64,000 nucleotides of DNA from an uncultured Actinomycetes bacterium (GTDB taxonomy: Bacteria; Actinomycetota; UBA4738; HRBIN12), in the NCBI GenBank assembly GCA_963704885.1, contig CAVPIB010000004.1, positions 320,001 through 384,000 on the forward strand, in the 5' to 3' direction. Made by a program: the position numbers and the translations under genes. The notes below the pieces were generated by a model, which was not told the origin of the DNA, ran no database searches, and saw only the letters and a list, made by a program, of their open reading frames with translations. This document shows, piece by piece, positions 31,544 to 42,523 of this stretch; within the stretch, counting starts at the first letter, position 1; each line of letters opens with the position of its first letter.

Positions 31544-32068
31544 CTACCAGCCGCGGCGGCTGGGGTGGTGGCTGTGACATTGCCCACCGTGCCGGCCCAT
31601 GAGGCGTTGCAGTTCGCCGCGGTCGTCTTGCCGTACTTCGTCCCAGTGGTCGAATCGACGATCACGAAACATGAGGTCGAAGTCGCCATCCGCGCGACGG
31701 AGAACTGCGTGGCTGTCGAAGCGACGCTGATGGAGCCTTCGCCGACCCCACTCACGCACGCGACGGTCCCACTCGCGGCGGACACCGTGCCGCCGCCCAC
31801 GTAGCACATGTTGGGCACGATCTGCACCAGACCTGTGTTGAGCTCGTTGGCGGAGGAGAAGGTGGCTTGTCGGTGAAGAGGATCCTGGCTGCGAGGACGG
31901 TGTTCCGGAGCATCGGTCTGTGCAGCGCGATCCTGGAAGCGCGCCTTCACTCCGAGGAAGGTCGGCAGGCCCATCACGAGGAGGATTGCAAGGATCATCA
32001 CGACCACCATCAGCTCGATCAAGGTGAACCCGTCCTCTTCCTGTGCCCGACCCAGCAAGCTCGCGCAT
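31544..32068 (-). CDS. pilA: Type IVa pilin (copy 2); about 4 indels
   Basis: EEDG|FTLIELMVVVMILAILLVMGLPTFLGVK..AAQTD, continuing as LRNTVLAARILFTD in a shifted frame; ARMATSTSCF, GTKYG parallel copy 1; ATG 32068 and TAG 31544 are out of frame with the core. Confidence 0.75.
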   Translation of the reverse strand: MRELAGSGTGRGRVHLDRADGGRDDPCNPPRDGPADLPRSEGALPGSRCTDRCSGTPSSQPGSSSPTSHLLLRQRAQHRSGADRAQHVLRGRRHGVRREWDRRVREWGRRRLHQRRFDSHAVLRRADGDFDLMFRDRRFDHWDEVRQDDRGELQRLMGRHGGQCHSHHPSRRGW

Positions 32069-32137
32069 GGTCCCCACCTTCCTCACCTCCTCTCGAGCCC
32101 CTTGGTCATCGGCGCTGACTGCTCGCGCATCCATGGT

Positions 32138-32165
32138 TCATCGGCACTGCGCCCCGGCGGTTGAG
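32138..32165 (-). promoter_or_regulatory. Putative sigma28-type promoter for pilin copy 2
   Basis: CTCAA-N15-GCCGATGA. Confidence 0.65.
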
Positions 32166-32205
32166 GCCGGTCCCTCGGGATGGCCTCAACCACTCCGAAC
32201 GAGGG

Positions 32206-33409
32206 TCACTGGATCAGCTTGATGATGTTGAACATCGGCATGTAGAGCGCGATGACGGCGGCGCCGACCGCGCCACCGATGAACGCGATCAGGAGCGGTT
32301 CGATCAGCGATGTCAACGCGTCGACCGAGGCCTCAACCTCGTTGTCGTAGAACGTGGCGACCTTGTCCAGCATGGTGTCGATCTGACCGGTCTCCTCACC
32401 GACCGCCAGCATCTGCACAACCATCGGCGGGAACACCGAATGCTTCGAGAGCGGCTTCGCTATCGACTCGCCCTCCCGAACGCTCGATTGCACATCCACT
32501 ACCGCCTTCGACATGACCCGGTTGTTCACGGTGTCGGCCACGATGTCCAGCGCCTGCAGGATCGGCACACCCGAGCGCAGCAGCATGCCGGCCGTACTGG
32601 AGAACCGGGACAGCGCTGTCTTGTGGAAGAGCGGCCCGAAGACCGGCACCCTCAGCTTGAAGGAGTCGATCGTCGCCCTGCCCGCTTCCGTCTTCTTGTA
32701 TCGCTTGAAGAAGAACGAGAAGGCGAACGACCCCGCGATGAACACGTACCAGTACTTCTTCACGGCGTCCGACATGGCCAGGAGCACCCGCGTGGGCAGC
32801 GGGAGCGTCCCGCCGAGCTGCGAGTAGATGCTCTTGAATTGCGGCACCACGAACAACAACATCGCCGCCATGATCAGTACCACCAAGGCCACCACGGCCA
32901 CCGGGTAAGTCATGGCCGACTTGATCTTCTGGCGGAGGTGGACCTCCCGTTCCAGAAGGTCCGCCAGACGCAGCATGACGTCGTCCAACATGCCGCCCGT
33001 CTCACCCGACTTCACCATGGCGATGTAGAGCTCGTTGAAGACCTTCGGGTGCTTAGCCATGGCTGCCGAGAGCGATGCACCCTGCTCCACGTCGTTGCGC
33101 ACGATGACGAGCACCTTCGCCAACTCGGCGTTCGTGGTCTGGTCGGCCAGGATCGAGAGCGCCCGAAGGATCGGGAGCCCGGAGTTAACCATGGTGGCGA
33201 ACTGCCGCGAGAAGACCGCGATCTCCTTCAGCTTGACCTTGCCCGGGCGGAGATGGATCTCGAAGTTGAGTCCCTTCTTCTCCTTGCCCACCTCGAGCGG
33301 CGTGTAGCCCATCTCGCGGAGGCGTTCGAGCACCAGCCGCTCGTTGTCCGCGACCAACGTGCCGGTCACCAGGTTCCCCGACTTATCCCGGACCTTGTAC
33401 TGGTAGGTA

Positions 33410-33417
<8 letters not shown>
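32206..33417 (-). CDS. pilC: Type IV pilus platform protein (T2SSF family)
   Basis: FSRQFATMVNSGLP, GETGG.LD, KIKSAMTYP, LPLPTR, GEETGQID, LIEP, LYMPMF. Confidence 0.95.
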
Positions 33418-34585
<1,168 letters not shown>

Positions 34586-34586
34586 C

Positions 34587-36269
34587 TCACTTCACCACCC
34601 TTGCGATCTCTCCGATGGAAGTCATACCCGTGCGGGCTTTCTCTAGGCCGTCGTCGCGAAGCGTCATCATCCCCTGCTGTATCGCCGTGCTCCTGATCAC
34701 ATCGGCCGATGCCCGGTCAACCGTTAGCCGTTCGATCTCTTCGGTCATCGGCATGACCTCATAGAGGCCGGCCCGGCCTCGGAAGCCTGTGTTGGAGCAC
34801 GCCGAGCAACCCGTCGGACGGAAGAGCTCTTCTATCTCGGGGACCAGCCAATCGGGGTATCCGGCCTGGAGGAGCTCGGTCGGCTCGGGCTTGTACGACT
34901 CCTTGCACCGCTCACAGAGAACGCGCGCCAGACGTTGGGCGACCACGCAGTCGATCGCGGAGGCGACCAGGAACGTCTCGACCTCCATCTCGACCAGTCG
35001 GGAGATCGCCGAGGCCGCATCGTTCGTGTGCAGCGAGGACAAGACCAGGTGCCCGGTGAGAGCGGCCTCGATCGCGATCGTGGCCGTCTCCTTATCCCGG
35101 ATCTCACCGATCAGAACGATGTCGGGGTCGGCTCGCAGGATGGACCGCAGCGCCGACGCGAACGTGAGACCCGCCTTCGGATTGACCTGCATCTGGTTCA
35201 CGCCGTCCAGCCTGTACTCGACCGGGTCCTCCACGGTGATGATGTTGCGGTCCTCTTCGTTCAAGATGTTGAGGGTCGCGTACATGGTGGTCGACTTCCC
35301 CGACCCGGTCGGCCCGGTCACTAGGATCGCGCCGTACGGCTTGCGGAAGGACTCGGCGAACCGCTTATAGGCGTCGTCGAGGAACCCCAGGTCCTCGAGC
35401 TTCATCAGCGCCTGCGTCTTGTCCAGAACGCGGATCACGATCTTCTCGCCGTAGACGGTCGGAAGCGTGGCTACACGAAGGTCCAACTGCCTCCCGCCGA
35501 CGCGCATGCTGATGCGGCCGTCCTGAGGCACCCGCTTCTCGGCGATGTTCAGATCCGCCATGACCTTCAGGCGGCTTATCAGCCCACCTTGGATGTTCTT
35601 CTGCGAATGCATCACGTCGTGGAGCACGCCGTCCACGCGGAAGCGGACCCGAACGTCGCGTTCGTTAGGCTCGATATGGACGTCCGAGGCGCGGTCTCCC
35701 ACCGCCTGGGTCATGATCGCTTGGACCAGCTTGACGATGGGCGCCTCTTCGAGCGCGGCCTCGAGTTGTTCGTCGTCGGCCTCCAGTTGCTCGGAGGCCT
35801 GGGAGGCGAGCGCCTCGACCTGGCCGTCCATGCCGGCGAACTTCTGGATCGCCTGCTCAACGTCGGCCGCCGTGGCGACCACCGGCTGGACGTCGCGGTT
35901 GGTGATGGTGCGGATGTCGTCCAACGCATAGACGTTCGCGGGGTCGGACATGGCGACCAAGAGCTTGCCGTCGCGCTCGCCGATCGGGATGGCGCGATAT
36001 CGACGAGCGAGCGCGTCCGGGAGCAGCGTCGTGGACGAGGGATCGATGTGGTATTCGGCCAGATCGACGAACTCCAGCCCGACCTGCTCGGCAAGAGCCC
36101 GCACCAGGTCGGCCTCCTTGATCAATCCGAGGTCGATCAGGACGCGCCCCAGCGACTTCGGAGTCTTCCGATGCTCCTCGAGTGCCTGCTCCAACTGGGC
36201 GGACGTGATGAGACCCTGCTCGATCAGGATCTGGCCGAGCTGCTTTGCCTTGCGCTTGACCGTGGTCAT
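34587..36269 (-). CDS. pilB: Type IV pilus extension ATPase with MshEN-like N-terminus
   Basis: ASDVHIEP, EKRVPQDG, GPTGSGKSTT, EDPVEY, LRADPD, CERC/CSAC zinc motif, GFRGR. Confidence 0.95.
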   Translation of the reverse strand: MTTVKRKAKQLGQILIEQGLITSAQLEQALEEHRKTPKSLGRVLIDLGLIKEADLVRALAEQVGLEFVDLAEYHIDPSSTTLLPDALARRYRAIPIGERDGKLLVAMSDPANVYALDDIRTITNRDVQPVVATAADVEQAIQKFAGMDGQVEALASQASEQLEADDEQLEAALEEAPIVKLVQAIMTQAVGDRASDVHIEPNERDVRVRFRVDGVLHDVMHSQKNIQGGLISRLKVMADLNIAEKRVPQDGRISMRVGGRQLDLRVATLPTVYGEKIVIRVLDKTQALMKLEDLGFLDDAYKRFAESFRKPYGAILVTGPTGSGKSTTMYATLNILNEEDRNIITVEDPVEYRLDGVNQMQVNPKAGLTFASALRSILRADPDIVLIGEIRDKETATIAIEAALTGHLVLSSLHTNDAASAISRLVEMEVETFLVASAIDCVVAQRLARVLCERCKESYKPEPTELLQAGYPDWLVPEIEELFRPTGCSACSNTGFRGRAGLYEVMPMTEEIERLTVDRASADVIRSTAIQQGMMTLRDDGLEKARTGMTSIGEIARVVK

Positions 36270-36300
36270 ATCGCTCTATCGGTCCGTTCGGTCTAGGTCG

Positions 36301-37122
36301 TCAGGAAGTAGCTTCGTCACCACCGCTCTCGACCTGAAGCAGCCCCGAGAACTCTTTGGCCAGCAGCACCGGATCGACCTCCGCATCGGCGTCGAGTTCC
36401 ATGTGCTGTTGCTTCTCTTCCTTCTTGTCCGAACGCTTGTCGGGCTTCTTGTGGTCCTTCTTCGGGGAGGACTCGTCGGAGGACTCGGGTGGGTCGGCGG
36501 GCACGGGTTCAGCGGAGGGCTGGGGGGGGTCACCGCGCTCGGTCCCGGCCGGACCGGTCGCCTCGCCGTTCGAGCTGGCATCCCCCGTCCGGGCGATGTC
36601 CTCCGCCACGGGGGTCGGCTGCGAGGCGGAGGGCACGTCTTCCTCCTTGCCGCCCTTGCTCTTCATCATGTTGGGGTCGGCTCTAGACCAGACTCGCGTC
36701 TCGGCCGTGACAGCCGGTTCGGTCCGCTCCGCCGGTGGATGGAGCGAGGTCCGAGGCTTGCCCGACGGAGCACCCGATGCCTCGGGAACCCGCAGGGTGT
36801 CGCGCCGCGTCCGCGCCTCCTCGGCCGCGAGCAGGATCTGCTCCAGTTGGTCGATGACCAGTCCGGGACGCACGCCGGCATCGGCCACCGCGAAAGCGCC
36901 GTAGGCGGGCCGGCGGACGTAGACCCAGACCTGGTCGCCGAACTCGACGAAGCTCCGCTCGGGGTCTCCGAGCGAAGCGAACCTCATCCAGGCCGGCTTC
37001 ACGGCCGTCTCGTCGTCCGGGTATGAGCCTAAGATCAACCCATCCCTGGACAGGATCAGACAGCCGCGCACGTCGGCGACGCCGCCCGCGATGCGATACG
37101 CGAGCGCGGAGTAGTCATCCAT
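36301..37122 (-). CDS. Roadblock/LC7-like N-terminal domain, disordered linker and short C-terminal helix
   Basis: VADVRGCLILSRDGLILGS resembles the roadblock motif; E/P/S/K-rich middle; EVDPVLLAKEFSGLL tail; first gene of the pilBTC unit. Confidence 0.6.
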   Translation of the reverse strand: MDDYSALAYRIAGGVADVRGCLILSRDGLILGSYPDDETAVKPAWMRFASLGDPERSFVEFGDQVWVYVRRPAYGAFAVADAGVRPGLVIDQLEQILLAAEEARTRRDTLRVPEASGAPSGKPRTSLHPPAERTEPAVTAETRVWSRADPNMMKSKGGKEEDVPSASQPTPVAEDIARTGDASSNGEATGPAGTERGDPPQPSAEPVPADPPESSDESSPKKDHKKPDKRSDKKEEKQQHMELDADAEVDPVLLAKEFSGLLQVESGGDEATS

Positions 37123-37132
37123 GCCTACACAT

Positions 37133-37161
37133 CCATCGTCGGCGGGTAGGCCGCGCTTGAG
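37133..37161 (-). promoter_or_regulatory. Putative sigma28-type promoter for the roadblock-pilB-pilT-pilC unit
   Basis: CTCAA-N16-GACGATGG, 10 nt before ATG. Confidence 0.5.
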
Positions 37162-37207
37162 CGACGGAGGCCCGAAGGTCGCAGATCCTCCGTCGGTGAT
37201 GTTCGAG

Positions 37208-38068
37208 TCAGTGTGGCTCGGCGAGTGCCGCCAACGCGGCGGCCGACATCACGTCCATCGGCGCCTGCCGACCGGTCCAGAGCTCGAACGAGAGCGCCGC
37301 TTGATGCAGAAGCAGCCCCACCCCTCCGAAGGCGCGCGCGCCAGCGGAGCGCGCAGAGGTCTGCAGGAGGGTAACCACGGGGTCGTACAGCAGGTCCACG
37401 ACGAGCGAGTCCTCCCGGATGGCCGGCGACGGAAGCGCTTCGTCGCCGGCTCCGAGCGGAGTGGCGTTGACGATGAGGTCGGCTCGGATCCGGCCCGTCT
37501 CGTGGAACGACACCGCACGTACATCGATGTCGAACCCGTCGATCGCAGCGGTGAGCGGCTCCGTTCGGGCCGGATCGCGCGCGGCGATGGTCAGGCTGGC
37601 GGCGGCGCCACGCGCCAGGGCCAGGGCGCACGCGCGGGCGGCGCCTCCGGCGCCGAAGATCAGAGCGCTCCGCCCCCGCGGATCGAACCCGGCGTCGCGA
37701 CGCAGGAACCGATCGAACCCGGGGGCGTCGGTGTTGTGTCCGTGCACGGTCGGGCCCTCAACCACCAACGTGTTCACGGCTCGCAGTCGACGCGCGTCGT
37801 CGGAGAGCGTGTCGGCCAGCTCCGCCGCTACGGACTTGTGCGGCATCGTGACGTTCGCCCCGGCGAACCCGAGCGCCGCCAACCCAGGGAACGCACGGTC
37901 GAAGTCCGGTGGCTCGACCGGCAGCGGCACGTACACCCAATCCAACCCGATAGCCCGGAACGCGGCGTTGTGGATCCGTGGCGAGAGGCTATGGGCCACC
38001 GGCCAACCGATGATGCCGACCACCCGTGTCCTGCCGCTCGTCTGTAGGTCCGCCGGCGACTCAACCAA
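37208..38068 (-). CDS. aroE: Shikimate dehydrogenase
   Basis: GWPVAHSLSPRIHN, NVTMPHK, AVNT, NTDAPG, GAGGAA, NATPLG. Confidence 0.95.
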   Translation of the reverse strand: MVESPADLQTSGRTRVVGIIGWPVAHSLSPRIHNAAFRAIGLDWVYVPLPVEPPDFDRAFPGLAALGFAGANVTMPHKSVAAELADTLSDDARRLRAVNTLVVEGPTVHGHNTDAPGFDRFLRRDAGFDPRGRSALIFGAGGAARACALALARGAAASLTIAARDPARTEPLTAAIDGFDIDVRAVSFHETGRIRADLIVNATPLGAGDEALPSPAIREDSLVVDLLYDPVVTLLQTSARSAGARAFGGVGLLLHQAALSFELWTGRQAPMDVMSAAALAALAEPH

Positions 38069-39128
38069 GGCATTCCGCCTTGTCTAGCAGGAAACGATCG
38101 TAGTCCACGCTGAACCGGTGATGTCCGTCGGCCCCGCACAACACGTAATAGAGGAACGGTACGTCGGCCGGCGCCAGCGCGGCTCGGAGGGAGGCGATGC
38201 CGGGGCTGGCGATCGGCGTGGGCGGCAACCCGGCGTACAGCCGGGTGTTGTACGGACTGTCGATCTCGAAGTCCGACACTGTCAGCCCGTTCGACGGATC
38301 CGGATCGATGTAGCCGATCGTGGCGTCGATACCGAGCGGCATACCCTCCGCGAGCCGGTTGTAGATCACTGCCGCGATCTTGGCTCGATCCGAGGGGATC
38401 CTGGCCTCTCGCTCGATCATCGAGGCGATCACCACCACCTCGTACGGCGAGACGCCGAGCGCGTCGGCCGGTGACCAGTCGAGCGTCTCAGCCTCGGCGT
38501 CGAACTGCTGGAGCAGTCGTTCGACCACGTCTTGGGCGGTCGTGGACCCCTCGGCGAACCGATACGTCTCGGGGAACAGGAACCCTTCGGTCCCCTTGCC
38601 TTCCGGCAGGTAGGGATCGATGGACCAACGTCTGCGCTGGGCGAGCGCCAGGAACCGTTCCGCGTCGATCCCCAGCTTCTCCTGGACACGCTCGGCGATC
38701 TGCGTGAGTCGGTAACCCTCGGGGATGGTCAGACGGACCGTGGGGACGGGGGGTGGCGGCGTGGTCAGGACCTCGATGGCGTCGTCGAACGTCATGTTCG
38801 TGGTGAGCGCGAAGGTACCCGCTCGGATCGCGTCCGCCTTGCCTGTCCCGCGCAACAAGATCCTCCCGACCAGGCCCCCGCATCTGATCACGCCGAGTTC
38901 GTGCATCCGTGCCACGACCTGCTCGCCCGACGCTCCTTCAGGCACCGTGAGCTCCACCTGCGTCTGGGCTCCACCGGCTCCCTTGCAGTGGCCGTAGTAA
39001 GTCCCGACCCCCACCAGGATGCCCACCAGAACCAGGAACGCCACGAGCAGCACGAGTATCGCCCCGCGCTTGGACCGCTCGTCGGGGGATCCGTGCCGGT
39101 CCGTCCGGCGCACTGGGGTCTGTTCCAC
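38061..39128 (-). CDS. mltG: Endolytic transglycosylase MltG
   Basis: TM anchor, TIPEG, EGFLFPETY, ASMIERE, SPYNT..GLPPTPIASPG. Confidence 0.94.
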   Translation of the reverse strand: MEQTPVRRTDRHGSPDERSKRGAILVLLVAFLVLVGILVGVGTYYGHCKGAGGAQTQVELTVPEGASGEQVVARMHELGVIRCGGLVGRILLRGTGKADAIRAGTFALTTNMTFDDAIEVLTTPPPPVPTVRLTIPEGYRLTQIAERVQEKLGIDAERFLALAQRRRWSIDPYLPEGKGTEGFLFPETYRFAEGSTTAQDVVERLLQQFDAEAETLDWSPADALGVSPYEVVVIASMIEREARIPSDRAKIAAVIYNRLAEGMPLGIDATIGYIDPDPSNGLTVSDFEIDSPYNTRLYAGLPPTPIASPGIASLRAALAPADVPFLYYVLCGADGHHRFSVDYDRFLLDKAECLG

Positions 39129-39168
39129 GGGGACCGAGGATACTCACGGACCGGTGGATCCGCCGATC

Positions 39169-39597
39169 TCAGCGATGCGCGTCGAGCCAGGCCTGCAGGA
39201 TCACCGCGGCGGCGGAGCGGTCGACGACCCGACGCCTTTCCGCTCCGGAGACCCCTGCCTCTCGGAGTTCCCGCTCTGCCTCGACGGTGGACAGACGCTC
39301 GTCCTGCAGCTCCACCGGCACCGGCAACACGTCCGCTAGCACCGCGACGAACGCCTCCACCTTGCGAGCCGCCGGGCCTCGGGCTCCATCCATGGACAAC
39401 GGGAGACCCACCACGACCATGGCGGCGGCGTGCTCCGCGACGAGGGCTGCTATCGACCTGATATCCGTAGGGGCGCCGGTGGGGACCGTACCGATCGGGA
39501 CGGCCAGTCGCCGATCGTCGTCCGAGATGGCCACACCGATCCGCGCGTCTCCCAGGTCCAGACCGAGCACCCGGCCGGGCCGAGTAGTCTGGCCCAT
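39169..39597 (-). CDS. ruvX: Pre-16S rRNA nuclease / YqgF family RuvX
   Basis: LGLDLGDARIGVAISD, VVGLP, DERLST, VDRSAAAVILQ. Confidence 0.95.
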   Translation of the reverse strand: MGQTTRPGRVLGLDLGDARIGVAISDDDRRLAVPIGTVPTGAPTDIRSIAALVAEHAAAMVVVGLPLSMDGARGPAARKVEAFVAVLADVLPVPVELQDERLSTVEAERELREAGVSGAERRRVVDRSAAAVILQAWLDAHR

Positions 39598-39598
39598 A

Positions 39599-42235
39599 CT
39601 AGTGGCCTCTGAGGAGCTCGACGAGCCGAGCCGGGATCCCCTCGATGGCCTCCTTCACGGCCTCAGCCTTCGGCCCGCCGGCGAACCCCAGGATCGGCTT
39701 GCCTCCGGCTCCCCCGCCCACCCGCTCCGCGGCATGCTCCAACAGGAGAGGGGCGGTCACGCCCCGCTCGACCAGTCGCGAGCTGCAGGCGGCAACTATC
39801 AACGCCTTGCCTCCTTGGCCGGTGCCGAGCACCACCGCGGCGCCCCCCCGACCCTCCAGCTTTCCGACGACCCTCTGAGCGAGTTCGCGGAGCTCGTCCG
39901 CGTCGGCGTCCTGGAGCGAGGCCACCAGTTGGACGCCCTCGACCGATGTTGCTTGCCCAACGATCCGGTCGACGAGCGAGGCGACGTCGCCCTGCTTCAG
40001 CTTGCCCAGCTCGCTCTCGAGGCGCTTGACACGTTCGACCAGCTGACGTGCGCGCTCGACCGCGGCCAAGGGGTCGGTGCTCCCGAGCGCCTCCGCGACA
40101 CCGCGAAGGAGCTCACGCTCGGCGTTGATCTCCAGGAGCGCGTCGGGTCCGACCAAGGCCTCCACGCGGCGCATCCCAGCACCGATAGACCCCTCGTGAA
40201 GGATCCGGATCAACGCGACGTTGCCCGTTCGATGCACGTGTGTGCCACCGCACAGCTCGCGCGAGTAGTCCCCCACCTCGACCACGCGGACCAGGTCGCC
40301 GTACTTCTCGCCGAAGAGCGCGATCGCTCCCTGGGCCTTGGCCTCCTCGAACGTGGTCTCGTAGACGCGAACCGGATCGTCCAGCGCCAGCCGGCGATTC
40401 GCCTCGGTCTCGGCCTCCTCCAGGATCTCCTGCGGCACTGCGGAGGGGTGCGGGAAATCGAATCGGAGGCGGCCGGGCGCCACGAGCGAACCTGCCTGCC
40501 GGGCATGCTCGCCCAACAGGTGCTTGAGCGTCCAGTGAACGATGTGGGTGGAGGTGTGCGCACGCGCGGTCGCCTCGCGGCGAACCGGATCGACCTCGCC
40601 GTGCGCCTCCTGGTCTGCCCGGATCTCGCCCGACTCCACGGTTCCTGTGTGCATGATCGCGTGCGGACCGGCCCAATGAGCGTCGCTCACGCGGATCAGT
40701 CCCGTCGGGGTTCGGATCGTGCCCTGATCTCCGATCTGCCCACCGCCTTCGGCGTAGAACGGTGTGACGTCGAGGAAGACCCTTACTTCATCACCCTCTT
40801 CGGCCACCGGGAGTTCACGACTATCCATGTCGAGCATCGCCACGACGTGTCCATCGGCTTCCAGTTGCCCGTATCCGACGAACTCCGAGGGTCGGACCGC
40901 ACCGGTGTCGATCCCGATCGGGACCTTCCTCGCCGACTCCCGCGCGCGGCGCCGTTGCTCCTCCAGCAGTTCCCCGAACCGCTCCACGTCGACCTTCAGG
41001 CCCGCCTCCTCGGCGAGCTCCTGCGTCAGCTGCAACGGGAACCCGAACGTGTCTGACAGCTTGAAGGCATCGTCCCCGCGGATGGCCTCTCCTTCAGGTA
41101 TGTGGGCGGCCGCCTCGCCGAACAGCCGCATCCCCTGGATCAGGGTAGCCGCGAACCGTTCCTCCTCGGATCCGGCGACCTGTTGGATGAACGCCTGATT
41201 CTCGGGGAGCTCCGGGTATGCCTCCCCCATCAGCTCGACCGTGGCCTCGACGAGCCGCGGGAGCACGGCCGACGTGACACCCAGCCGCCGAGCGTGGGAG
41301 ACGACGCGGCGGAGCATCCGTCGCAGGATGTAACCGCGCCCCTCGTTGGAAGGCTGAACGCCGTCGGCTATGAGGAAGGTCGTCGCCCGGCCGTGCTCGG
41401 CGATCACCTTCAGCGAGACGTCCGTGCGCTCGTCTTCGCCGTGACGCTTGCCCGAAAGGGACTCGGCGATCTCCAGGAGCGGTCGGAACAGATCCGTCTC
41501 GAAGACGTTGTCCACACCCTGAAGCAGCGTCGCCACGCGCTCCAGGCTCGAGCCGGTATCGATGTTCTTGGCGGGGAGCTCGTGGAGGATGTTCGACTGC
41601 CCGTCGACCTGATCCTGCATGAACACGAGGTTCCAGATCTCCATGAACCGGTCCTCGTCGACGTCGGGACCTCCGTCGGGGCCGTACTTCGTGCCACGGT
41701 CCACGAAGATCTCCGAGCAAGGACCCGCCGGTCCCGCCGCGTGGGTCCACCAGAAGTTCGCGGACTCGCCGTGCTCGTCGACGCGTCCACGACGAACGAT
41801 CCGCTCCGGTGCCAGACCCACGGCGTCGATCCACAACTCGGTCGTCTCCGCGTCTTCTTCGTACACGGTGACCCAGAGCAGATCGTGATCGATCCCGTAG
41901 CCCTCGGTGATCAGCTCGTGTGCCCACGGGATGGCATCGGCCTTGAAGTAGTCGCCGAAGGAGAAGTTCCCGAGCATCTCGAACATCGTCAGGTGCCGGT
42001 CGGTGTGTCCGACGTTCTCGATGTCGTTCGATCGGAAACACTTCTGCGAGCTGACGGCCCGAAGGTAAGGGGGCTCCGCCTGCCCCAAGAAGTACGGGAT
42101 GAATTGCATCATGCCGGCCCCCGTCAGCAGCAGGCCGGCCTCCGGTGGAGGGATCAGCGAAGCAGAGGCGACGCGCTTGTGATCGCGCTCCTCGAAGAAA
42201 GACAGGAACGTCTCGCGGATCCGGTGGCTCTCCAC
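39599..42235 (-). CDS. alaS: Alanine--tRNA ligase
   Basis: RHLTMFEMLGNFSFGDYFK, GPCSEI, EIWNLVFMQ, TPFYAEGGGQ, ELCGGTH; GTG at 42235 preceded by TAGACT 7 nt upstream. Confidence 0.97.
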   Translation of the reverse strand: MESHRIRETFLSFFEERDHKRVASASLIPPPEAGLLLTGAGMMQFIPYFLGQAEPPYLRAVSSQKCFRSNDIENVGHTDRHLTMFEMLGNFSFGDYFKADAIPWAHELITEGYGIDHDLLWVTVYEEDAETTELWIDAVGLAPERIVRRGRVDEHGESANFWWTHAAGPAGPCSEIFVDRGTKYGPDGGPDVDEDRFMEIWNLVFMQDQVDGQSNILHELPAKNIDTGSSLERVATLLQGVDNVFETDLFRPLLEIAESLSGKRHGEDERTDVSLKVIAEHGRATTFLIADGVQPSNEGRGYILRRMLRRVVSHARRLGVTSAVLPRLVEATVELMGEAYPELPENQAFIQQVAGSEEERFAATLIQGMRLFGEAAAHIPEGEAIRGDDAFKLSDTFGFPLQLTQELAEEAGLKVDVERFGELLEEQRRRARESARKVPIGIDTGAVRPSEFVGYGQLEADGHVVAMLDMDSRELPVAEEGDEVRVFLDVTPFYAEGGGQIGDQGTIRTPTGLIRVSDAHWAGPHAIMHTGTVESGEIRADQEAHGEVDPVRREATARAHTSTHIVHWTLKHLLGEHARQAGSLVAPGRLRFDFPHPSAVPQEILEEAETEANRRLALDDPVRVYETTFEEAKAQGAIALFGEKYGDLVRVVEVGDYSRELCGGTHVHRTGNVALIRILHEGSIGAGMRRVEALVGPDALLEINAERELLRGVAEALGSTDPLAAVERARQLVERVKRLESELGKLKQGDVASLVDRIVGQATSVEGVQLVASLQDADADELRELAQRVVGKLEGRGGAAVVLGTGQGGKALIVAACSSRLVERGVTAPLLLEHAAERVGGGAGGKPILGFAGGPKAEAVKEAIEGIPARLVELLRGH

Positions 42236-42255
42236 GCGCGGCAGTCTACCGACGG

Positions 42256-42516
42256 CTAGGCAGCGGGTGGGTCTTCGTGACGAGGCACCGAGACCTCGCC
42301 TCGCAGTTCGCGTTCGCGCTCTTCCATAGCCTGGCGTCCCTCGGCGATCGACTCCGAAACGAGCTTGCCCAGGTCCATGAGTCCGCCTTTGGCCTCTCGG
42401 ACGAGCGTGGCCGGCGCCATCCGATCCGCTTGCTTGCGCGCCCATCGTGAGCCGATGACCGCGCCCGTGGCGCCGGCGCCCAACCCGAGCGCCACCCAGA
42501 ACCCTCGTCGGAGCAT
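42256..42516 (-). CDS. Small membrane-anchored hypothetical protein
   Basis: MLRRGFWVALGLGAGA N-terminal anchor, GRQAMEERERELR helix; DUF948-X-alaS arrangement. Confidence 0.7.
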   Translation of the reverse strand: MLRRGFWVALGLGAGATGAVIGSRWARKQADRMAPATLVREAKGGLMDLGKLVSESIAEGRQAMEERERELRGEVSVPRHEDPPAA

Positions 42517-42523
42517 CGGGCGC

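Noticed and set aside
39287-41056. 589-aa plus-strand ORF opposite alaS/ruvX, and similar shadows over pilC, pilT and rel
   Set aside because: Antisense shadow frames typical of GC-rich genomes.
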